The notes under the pieces: model-generated
The model's database searches: none
What the model was told of the DNA's origin: nothing
Seen by the model: only the letters and a program-made list of their open reading frames with translations
In this document: in pieces, positions 57,039 to 64,000 of the stretch
Layout of the letters: each line of letters starts with the position of its first letter
Numbering within the stretch: the first letter of the stretch is position 1
IMG/VR virus record: IMGVR_UViG_3300030090_007211
Location: 64,001-128,000 of that record
Strand: one strand, 5' to 3'
Length of the DNA: 64,000 bases
Origin: a virus
Program-made: the position numbers and the translations under genes

Positions 57039-57779
57039 ATGAAAGCTATTGTATTTAAGAAAAACGGTGACCTTACCTTATTAAATCGTATAACTAAAGA
57101 AGAGGAGAAAATTAATACTATAATCCATTCTTTAGATTGTCCGACAATACTTGAGGAAGGCATTACTTTTGAGACTTTTTTTAATCATTTAATAAAAGAG
57201 AAAGACTTCTTGAACACTGTCTATAAAGAAACAATGGGAGAAGCTAATTTAGATAATTTCTTAAAAGAATGGAAAAAACTTCCCACTAAAAAATTAAAAG
57301 ATCATGGAATAGAATACTTAAAAACTTATAAAGTGTTTGACTATATAGAATTAGTGGAAGATAATAATTTTATTGATATACGGATTGACTTTGATGGGAT
57401 TGGGGAAGAAGGAGATTTATTTAATGTAGAGTTTATCCCTTTAAATGATTTAAAACCAATACCTTTAGTATTATCTAATAAAATTTCTATTTATCGCACC
57501 GTTTCAAATATAAAAGGTGAGGAGTTATTTTTTGAAGGAAATACTTTTACTTTATTATTTGAACTAATTGGAACAATATTATATGTATTAACTATCCATA
57601 AAACGCCAGAAGGAAGAGAATCTGCAAAACATAAATTTATTAAAATTATAAATGAAACTAATATAATAGAGATGTTAGAAATACAAAAAGAAGAGGCGGT
57701 AGAAGTTCAAAATTACGAGGAGGCAGCACAACTTAAAAAAATATTGGATCGATTACGAAATGGGTTTATTGATGACTGA
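57039..57779 (+). CDS. Protein with C-terminal UvrB/UvrC (UVR) coiled-coil motif
   Basis: LEIQKEEAVEVQNYEEAAQLKKIL. Confidence 0.7.
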   Translation: MKAIVFKKNGDLTLLNRITKEEEKINTIIHSLDCPTILEEGITFETFFNHLIKEKDFLNTVYKETMGEANLDNFLKEWKKLPTKKLKDHGIEYLKTYKVFDYIELVEDNNFIDIRIDFDGIGEEGDLFNVEFIPLNDLKPIPLVLSNKISIYRTVSNIKGEELFFEGNTFTLLFELIGTILYVLTIHKTPEGRESAKHKFIKIINETNIIEMLEIQKEEAVEVQNYEEAAQLKKILDRLRNGFIDD

Positions 57780-58067
57780 TCCGACTTCGATATTGGTAAT
57801 CTCAATCCTTTTTAATTTGTGGGTATCAATATAATTATTCCTCATCAATTGGTGAAAATTAAAAATTACTTCATCTTCACTATAACCAGTTAATTGCATC
57901 AACCCTAAAAAATCCACTATATTACCCCATCTATCGTAAGATTCTTTTATGTATTCTGCATAATAAGGATTTAACTCATAATCATACGTAATAGTATACA
58001 ATTGCATAGTAGATAAAATTTCTTGCCTTTTTTCCTTATTTTGTTTTTGAAACGTTTTGGGTAACAT
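57753..58067 (-). CDS. Hypothetical protein
   Basis: 104 aa; ATATTTATA at 58072. Confidence 0.6.
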   Translation of the reverse strand: MLPKTFQKQNKEKRQEILSTMQLYTITYDYELNPYYAEYIKESYDRWGNIVDFLGLMQLTGYSEDEVIFNFHQLMRNNYIDTHKLKRIEITNIEVGSVINKPIS

Positions 58068-58084
58068 ATTATATAAATATGTAA

Positions 58085-58255
58085 TTATCCTTCAGGGTTT
58101 GTATTATTCCATTCTTCAAAATAACGCACAATTGGTTCGGGGTATTTTTTTAAAGCACTTTTTAATCCAGATTCCACAATATGTTCTAGTACTTCATAAT
58201 ATAATGCCCACCACCTTAATTGAGTTTCTTGGGGGTATTTGGGGTTATTTAACAT
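58085..58255 (-). CDS. 56-aa hypothetical protein (not in track)
   Basis: MLNNPKYPQETQLRWWALYYEVLEHIVESGLKSALKKYPEPIVRYFEEWNNTNPEG. Confidence 0.5.
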   Translation of the reverse strand: MLNNPKYPQETQLRWWALYYEVLEHIVESGLKSALKKYPEPIVRYFEEWNNTNPEG

Positions 58256-58589
58256 AATCGATAGTTTAGTTGTTAGTGATACTACAATTTACGAAAAAAT
58301 ATTCACAAAAAAAAGTAAATCGGTTGTTATTCATAAATATCTTAATAAATATCAATAACTTTACCAAACTGTCATTGTTATGTAACGTATTTAAAATACG
58401 ATTATTTCTTTTTCAATCCATCCAAAAACTTAGGGTCTTTTACCTTATCTTTTCTTTCACAATTAACTACTTCTAACTTGTTATTATAATAAGTAACTAT
58501 AGGGTTACCTAACACGTTATCTTGTGAATAATAAACCGCTTTTGTTTTCCAATCTAAATCTTTTTTATTTTTTCTCATTTTATTTTTTT

Positions 58590-58620
58590 AAAAAAAAAAG
58601 AGGGGAATATCCCCTCTCTT
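58590..58620 (-). terminator. Rho-independent terminator
   Basis: AGAGGGGA-TAT-TCCCCTCT + T-run after DUF932 gene. Confidence 0.85.
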
Positions 58621-58640
58621 CAACCAAATCAAACACTATA

Positions 58641-59432
58641 TTACATCATAGCTTCAGATAAACTCCACAACATTTTGTTAACCTTTAGATTTTCATCTAT
58701 CGACTTAACTGCTCTGGTTTTATTATATTTAATTTTTCCATCTTTCTTAACGTAGGTATTTAAACCTCCTCTAATCATTCCTTCTTGTATTCTGTTGAAT
58801 ACTGTCCACAAATCATTTCCTTTGTCTGCGGCTCTGTTAATGGTTAGTAATTCGTCTAAGTTAACGTGTCTGTCTTTACCCCATCTTTCGATTACCGCTT
58901 GTTGTGCGAAATCTCTTCGTTGTTGAGGTGTTAATTCAACACCCATCATACCTTGTACTTTACCAACCACCTGTGGAATATGGGTAGTAATTTGTCCCAC
59001 AGTTTCTAAAATAGAAGATTTTTTAAATCCTTTATGTCTAATACTGTATTGATCAAAAGTTTTATCTGCCACCACTAAACCATTACTACAAACTAACCTA
59101 AATAATCCTACATGAAATTTAAAAGAAGAGGTACCATTGTGAGAATTAGTCAGTACAATCTCAGGATGTGTATCACCTATTTCTGCAGATAAGTTATCCA
59201 TTTCTTTATTTCTGAATCTTATAATATGTTTTTTATAAGGAATAGTGTTTTCATAACCAGTACGTGTACCAGTTTGTAAGGCTTGAGTTACCCCCCAATT
59301 CTTTTCTTCTAAAATATCTATAATCCTAGTAGTAGGAATATGTTTATAAATATGAGATAAATGTTTAGAAGGTTTTTTAGTAAATACTGAAGGACAACTT
59401 TCTTGAATCTGTTCTAAATTTAAATAATCCAT
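58641..59432 (-). CDS. DUF932/DUF945 domain protein
   Basis: PSVF..S..Y..IPT..KH..RFR..PEI.L.NSH.G.SSF..GLFRLVCSNGLV..DLWTVFNRIQE..N..LW; promoter 59474-59505. Confidence 0.9.
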   Translation of the reverse strand: MDYLNLEQIQESCPSVFTKKPSKHLSHIYKHIPTTRIIDILEEKNWGVTQALQTGTRTGYENTIPYKKHIIRFRNKEMDNLSAEIGDTHPEIVLTNSHNGTSSFKFHVGLFRLVCSNGLVVADKTFDQYSIRHKGFKKSSILETVGQITTHIPQVVGKVQGMMGVELTPQQRRDFAQQAVIERWGKDRHVNLDELLTINRAADKGNDLWTVFNRIQEGMIRGGLNTYVKKDGKIKYNKTRAVKSIDENLKVNKMLWSLSEAMM

Positions 59433-59492
59433 AATTTTCTTTTTTTAGTGTTTTTATATTTGATTAACTTATACAAATATACGACAAATATT

Positions 59493-59978
59493 TTAAACTG
59501 CCAAACATTTTTCCATAAAAAATGGAATTTCTCTATTTTTCCACTTACTAAAATGTTTTTTTTCTCTAATATAATACTCTCTGTAAGACTCCACTGCATT
59601 ACCTATCTTACATTCTTGAGGCATCGCCAATTTAAATGGGGTTAGATTACCATTTTCTTTTAATGTAGGATGATTTATTATACACCATTCTATTATATCC
59701 TGTGATTTATGTCTTTTACCATAACGATAGGTATATTCTAAACATAATTCCATACCTAAATCACATAACCATACATAATTTTCTAAACATTCTCTTGCCC
59801 ATATTGAACAAGGATGATTCTTATGAGATAATCTATAAGGTATGTCTAAAGAGGAATGTAACATATGATGTACCCCACATAATAGTTGGGCGGTTTCTAA
59901 TATCATTTTTACTACATGTTTATCATTATGATATTGGGCGCACTTTTTTGGGTCTTCATCTAAAATAAAAATATTCAT
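59493..59978 (-). CDS. Pyrimidine-dimer DNA glycosylase/endonuclease V-like protein
   Basis: MNIFILD..HVVKMILETAQLL..HKNHPC..W..EY..RYGK.H..AMP..YREYY. Confidence 0.75.
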   Translation of the reverse strand: MNIFILDEDPKKCAQYHNDKHVVKMILETAQLLCGVHHMLHSSLDIPYRLSHKNHPCSIWARECLENYVWLCDLGMELCLEYTYRYGKRHKSQDIIEWCIINHPTLKENGNLTPFKLAMPQECKIGNAVESYREYYIREKKHFSKWKNREIPFFMEKCLAV

Positions 59979-60080
59979 ACAATTTTATAATTTATGTTTT
60001 TACAAACATAACATATTTTTTTTAGAAAACCAATTATTTATTCATTTATTTTTGATATTTATTAGTATAAATTTATCTTT

Positions 60081-61892
60081 ATGAGTAAATTAACAAATTC
60101 AGAAATAAAAATATTACGTTTATTGGATAAGCATGTGGGGACACCAGATAAAGATCGCACTGTTAAATTTTTAAGAGATACCTTAGCATTTAACCATACA
60201 GACTCATTGGATTGGTGGAAGTTATGGTACCTCAATAAAGAAACTCAAGAAACTCCTTATGAACAAATGGAGAACATCAACAGAGGATTTTCCTTTTTAG
60301 TAGATGCTATAAAAGAGATAATATCCAATGAAGAGTTTTCCCCTATGGTAATGGTAGATAAAATGTATGATGATGACATTGAAAAATATGAAAAAATAAT
60401 TGGCCCTTATTTTCGTGAAAGTGGGAAGGACATTACTTTTGACTCCGAGGGGGTACAATTACATCTACCTCGAGAAGAATGGGCGGAATATTTTTCAGGG
60501 ATGGGAGATGACGACATATGGAGATATGAAGGGGCTAAAACCCACCATGATGGACAAGATGATGAAAATTTTGAATATGAGGAATTTGATTATATAAATC
60601 CTAATGAGGAATTATTTGATGAATTCAATAAATTAGGTGAAGCAGTAGGAGATAATAGAAAATGGAGTGTTGATAATAGACCAAATGATACAGACATTAC
60701 TGATTGGTTATACTCAAATTTAACTCGGGAAGATGCTGAAGACATCATACAACAATATATTTGGTCACTTGGTACAGCAGTAACACAAGCTCGCAACAAT
60801 GAGTTACTAGAATGGTATGAGGAAAAGGTGGATTATCCGGAAAGTAGATGTGATTCCTATTCTGATGATGAATGTATAACTATACCCTATGAAGATTTAT
60901 TATTAATGATAAAAGAAAATGAATGGATAACCCTAAGTCAACTAAAGGACGCTGGACTTAACGATGGAGTTGAAAATATTGCTGATGCATATTATGATTC
61001 TTGGTTGGATGATGAGGGATATGAGGAAGTTATGACTCACACGCGTGACACCGTAGAAAACATTATTACAAAAATTGAGGATGATGAAGACTATATGGTA
61101 CTAATTACAAAAAGAAAAGAATTTTTAAAATTACTTGAAAAATTTAAATTTAAAGAAGGTAGCTACGATTGGAAGTGTAAAGATAGTAGTTATGTAAGTG
61201 AAAATGGGAAAATTAGAGTATGTGTTAGAGATTATGACGCACAAAATGAAAAAGTTAAGTTTTTCTACGATGGAGAAGCCCACTTAACCCCCTTAAATGA
61301 TTTCATTGCGTGGGCACAAGGTAGTATATTAGAACTTAGTGAAAATATTAGAATAGGAAAATATAGACTTATAATGGAAAGTATTGCTTCCGATGCAGAA
61401 ATAACTAAAATTGCAATATTTGATTTTGACGGTACACTCATGAATACTCCTCAGGCAGAAGAAGGTAAAAAACAATGGGAAATTAAAACTGGGAAACCTT
61501 ATCCTCATATTGGATGGTGGGGAAGACCAGAATCTTTAGACACTGACGTATTTAACATTAAACCTATAGTCTCTACTATTTTAGATTATAATATAGAAAT
61601 AGATGATCCCAATACTTTAGTTATTATGTTAACTGGTAGATTACCTAAACAAGCACCTCAAGTAGAAAATATATTAAATGATTATAATATAGTATTTGAT
61701 GAATATCACTATAAAGAAGATGGTGATACCTTAAAAAGTAAAATAAATACTATTAAAAGTCTTTTACTTAGATATCCTAATGTGAATTTTATTGAAATGT
61801 ATGAGGATAGAGTCCCTCACGCTATTGCATTTGAAGAATGGGGTGAAGAAAATAATATGCCAATAAAGGTAAATGTAGTTACACCTAGCTAG
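60081..61892 (+). CDS. Large acidic protein with C-terminal HAD (Swiss-Army-Knife RNA-repair-like) phosphatase
   Basis: IFDFDGTLMNTP..GWW..MLTGR..MYEDR..H; preceded by LSE/IMES linkers; ATATTTAT at 60055. Confidence 0.75.
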   Translation: MSKLTNSEIKILRLLDKHVGTPDKDRTVKFLRDTLAFNHTDSLDWWKLWYLNKETQETPYEQMENINRGFSFLVDAIKEIISNEEFSPMVMVDKMYDDDIEKYEKIIGPYFRESGKDITFDSEGVQLHLPREEWAEYFSGMGDDDIWRYEGAKTHHDGQDDENFEYEEFDYINPNEELFDEFNKLGEAVGDNRKWSVDNRPNDTDITDWLYSNLTREDAEDIIQQYIWSLGTAVTQARNNELLEWYEEKVDYPESRCDSYSDDECITIPYEDLLLMIKENEWITLSQLKDAGLNDGVENIADAYYDSWLDDEGYEEVMTHTRDTVENIITKIEDDEDYMVLITKRKEFLKLLEKFKFKEGSYDWKCKDSSYVSENGKIRVCVRDYDAQNEKVKFFYDGEAHLTPLNDFIAWAQGSILELSENIRIGKYRLIMESIASDAEITKIAIFDFDGTLMNTPQAEEGKKQWEIKTGKPYPHIGWWGRPESLDTDVFNIKPIVSTILDYNIEIDDPNTLVIMLTGRLPKQAPQVENILNDYNIVFDEYHYKEDGDTLKSKINTIKSLLLRYPNVNFIEMYEDRVPHAIAFEEWGEENNMPIKVNVVTPS

Positions 61893-62226
61893 ATTTCAGA
61901 TATAACCCAAATAGGGTTGCAGCAATACCAAAAATAATTTGTACCACTACCCACACTGTTGTAGACATAGTTTTAAATGTCTTTAAATCACTTACTTCTT
62001 TTTGCAATTCTTTTAATTGGGTAGGAGAAGAAACTTCATCAATATTGTTCTTCCAATTTTTAAGTGTATTTATTTCGTCTTTTATCTGTTCACTTTTTGC
62101 AATATCTTGACGTATTCCATTAGTCTCTTGACTTAATTCATCCACTCTCTTATTGAGTTTTTCTAATTCTGCTAATACAAGACGGGAATATTCGTTCCAC
62201 CCGTTCTGTTTTCCGTTACCACTCAT
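61885..62226 (-). CDS. Coiled-coil + C-terminal TM protein
   Basis: NGWNEYSRLVL.ELE.L..; TM end. Confidence 0.65.
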   Translation of the reverse strand: MSGNGKQNGWNEYSRLVLAELEKLNKRVDELSQETNGIRQDIAKSEQIKDEINTLKNWKNNIDEVSSPTQLKELQKEVSDLKTFKTMSTTVWVVVQIIFGIAATLFGLYLKSS

Positions 62227-62645
62227 GATTTATCTCTTTCCACTTCACAGGTACAAAATAAAATATCTTTGTTTTTCACTTTTTGTATAGTAAATTTAGA
62301 AGTAAAAACATCACCACTTTTATGGGGGCATTTGATTACCCCATTCCACACACCTGTCTTATTTAATTGTTCATTAATTTTGTCAATTGGTCTTTCCGGT
62401 ATTTTACAAAATAATTCATAATGTCGTTTACCGACCATATCATCAGGGTCTTCAAACCCATATATTTCAGCAAATAGTTCATTTACTAAAACATATTTCC
62501 AATCCTCTTCCATTATTGCCATGGCTCGTGGAGCAGTTAAAAATACATGTTCTAAAATATCAAAATGTTGTACTTTTTCTAACAAATCTTGATCTCTGAG
62601 AGATAAATCTTCTACTAGTTGTCTTAATTTATCTAAATTGCTCAT
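62223..62645 (-). CDS. Stand-alone PAS domain protein
   Basis: AMAI..YVLVN..FAEIYGF...D.VGK...L..W.G...HKSG..F. Confidence 0.8.
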   Translation of the reverse strand: MSNLDKLRQLVEDLSLRDQDLLEKVQHFDILEHVFLTAPRAMAIMEEDWKYVLVNELFAEIYGFEDPDDMVGKRHYELFCKIPERPIDKINEQLNKTGVWNGVIKCPHKSGDVFTSKFTIQKVKNKDILFCTCEVERDKS

Positions 62646-62682
62646 TCCTTTTTATATATAAATATATAAAAAATGTCTTATG

Positions 62683-62883
62683 TTAAAGAATATTAGAGAT
62701 ATACCATTTTTTAACGTTGTTTCTCGGTTTTTCATTTTCATTAATGTTTGCAATAATTCTATGTGCTTCATCTTCATTCTCAACTTTAAAAGATAAAGTA
62801 TTGATAATCTTGCTAACTGATTTGCCGTCTATAACCTCGGTTTTCTTTGGTACCCTTTTCAGGTGAATAGTTAATCTTTTCAT
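62683..62883 (-). CDS. Hypothetical protein
   Basis: 66-aa ORF. Confidence 0.55.
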   Translation of the reverse strand: MKRLTIHLKRVPKKTEVIDGKSVSKIINTLSFKVENEDEAHRIIANINENEKPRNNVKKWYISNIL

Positions 62884-62886
62884 TAA

Positions 62887-63252
62887 TTAATAAATTGCAT
62901 CAGGTAAATCTTCTATTAAAGGAAAGTTAGATTCTAAGAAATTCATCACACTCTCTTCGCCATGTTGGTCAAGTAACCATTCACCGAAAGTAACTGGCAT
63001 ATCCATATCTTCTTCATTATCCCAATCATCTACTACATCATCGAATGTGAACGTATCTTCGATAAAATTATCCATTACCCAATAGTAATAATCATCACTC
63101 TCTACTCTACGATAAAATCCTGCATCGTCCCCTTCTATTTTGAAGTCGACCACAAGATTTCCTAAATCATCACATTCGATATTTAAGAATTCGGTAATAA
63201 AATATTTACCCATTTTAATTTTTTTTGTTAATAAATATGTCTTTATTAACAA
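62887..63252 (-). CDS. Acidic hypothetical protein
   Basis: 121-aa ORF (start possibly MGKYF). Confidence 0.6.
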   Translation of the reverse strand: MLIKTYLLTKKIKMGKYFITEFLNIECDDLGNLVVDFKIEGDDAGFYRRVESDDYYYWVMDNFIEDTFTFDDVVDDWDNEEDMDMPVTFGEWLLDQHGEESVMNFLESNFPLIEDLPDAIY

Positions 63253-63255
63253 AAA

Positions 63256-63507
63256 TTATTGTTGTAAGTCAAATAAGGGAGAGTTTTCCCCTATTTTCTT
63301 ACTACTGGTTAGTGTTTCTAACTCAATAAGTTTATTCAAATATTGTTGTGCTTTTAATAAATCTTCTACACCATTTTTATCTTTCCATCTAGTCACATAC
63401 TTAACAATATTACCCTCAAAAAAATCTAAATTTTGTGAATGGGCATAATCCCACATTTCAATTCCCCTGTTATAATGATGGGGATGTTTTACTCTTTCTT
63501 TACTCAT
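63256..63507 (-). CDS. DUF3310 domain protein
   Basis: VKHPHHY..GIE..F..GNIVKY..R..KNG.EDL.KA..YL. Confidence 0.9.
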   Translation of the reverse strand: MSKERVKHPHHYNRGIEMWDYAHSQNLDFFEGNIVKYVTRWKDKNGVEDLLKAQQYLNKLIELETLTSSKKIGENSPLFDLQQ

Positions 63508-63806
63508 TTATGTTCCGCAATTAAAGTTATTAATCCTACTATCGTTACTGTTACCCCACACCCAAATGCAATGGTATTAGGGGAAATACCTAAACCTTTA
63601 TGATTAGTTTTTTTAGGAAATGGTTTACCATATCTTGTAATATCCGATATTAATGGGGCGGCAGTAAATGTTAAACCACCAATGGTTAATATTGCCCCTT
63701 TACTAATTTTTTTTGGTTCTTTATAATGTCTGTTATACTGACTTGGTATTAACAAGGGTGTTAGTAGAAAAAATATGATTATTATTTTTTTCATATAACC
63801 CAACAA
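63504..63806 (-). CDS. Membrane/secreted hypothetical protein
   Basis: Signal peptide + two hydrophobic segments. Confidence 0.55.
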   Translation of the reverse strand: MLGYMKKIIIIFFLLTPLLIPSQYNRHYKEPKKISKGAILTIGGLTFTAAPLISDITRYGKPFPKKTNHKGLGISPNTIAFGCGVTVTIVGLITLIAEHK

Positions 63807-63832
63807 TAATGATAAAAATAATAAATGTCAAT

Positions 63833-64000
63833 TTATATCTGGTAAAAATAATATTTTTTATCCTCATATTCCACCTCATCTTCTATACCATTATAAGTGG
63901 CAAGAAAATGTGGTACCCCATCATAAGAAATTGCATTATCTATCAGGCTACTTACATTTACATCAGCATAACCATACTCTATAGCATCATCTAAATCATA
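63833..64000 (-). CDS. C-terminal fragment of a hypothetical protein entering from window end
   Basis: Open frame ...AISYDGVPHFLATYNGIEDEVEYEDKKYYFYQI*. Confidence 0.6.
   Translation of the reverse strand, partial: YDLDDAIEYGYADVNVSSLIDNAISYDGVPHFLATYNGIEDEVEYEDKKYYFYQI

Noticed and set aside
94-62665. Calling the TATAAATA strings T4 late promoters
   Set aside because: They lie on the non-coding strand relative to the adjacent genes; the coding strand reads TATTTATA.
391-63994. Many short opposite-strand ORFs in the track (e.g. 391, 807, 1083, 1297, 2170, 6834, 14832, 17435, 19161, 27687, 36212, 38472, 39481, 45396, 49303, 52055, 58057, 59702, 63140, 63809)
   Set aside because: Antisense shadows of well-supported genes, with F/L/S/I-biased composition and no promoter or motif.
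1-64000. Stop-codon reassignment, as seen in some Bacteroidota phages
   Set aside because: Recognisable genes are full length in code 11, and TAA, TAG and TGA all end genes at sensible junctions.
1-64000. tRNA/rRNA genes
   Set aside because: No convincing T-arm or cloverleaf found by eye; a tRNAscan/ARAGORN run would be needed to exclude them.

Overview
AT-rich, gene-dense 64-kb segment that reads as an accessory region of a large tailed dsDNA (jumbo/huge) phage of a Bacteroidota host. No capsid, terminase or polymerase gene lies in the window. Phage identity is inferred from many short ORFans plus DUF3310, DUF932, DenV-like glycosylase, deoxynucleoside kinase, DNA methyltransferase, holin-like and peptidoglycan-enzyme genes. 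The host is inferred from canonical Bacteroidota promoters (TTTG-N19/20-TAnnTTTG), T9SS-type sorting tails and DUF2452. There are two promoter classes: the host type and a second sense-strand motif, ATATTTAT(A). Main candidate system: many genes behind the second motif have interchangeable N-terminal leaders ending in (L/I)-x-E and internal (L/I)-x-E-S linkers. These resemble prohead-protease-processed, capsid-packaged cargo. The cargo includes cell-wall enzymes, an R-S-ExE ADP-ribosyltransferase-like protein, a methyltransferase, a HAD phosphatase, a ParB-like domain and 4x/6x arrays of an unrecognised ~90-aa helical domain that occurs about 19 times in the window. Also notable: a ~40-bp G-rich repeat, a 10-13 kb control region (G4-capable island, orphan promoters/sRNA candidates, MraZ-box-like GTGG repeats), two DOT1-like methyltransferases and a circularly permuted ATP-grasp::QueC-like fusion. 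All family assignments are from motif recognition by eye, not database searches.
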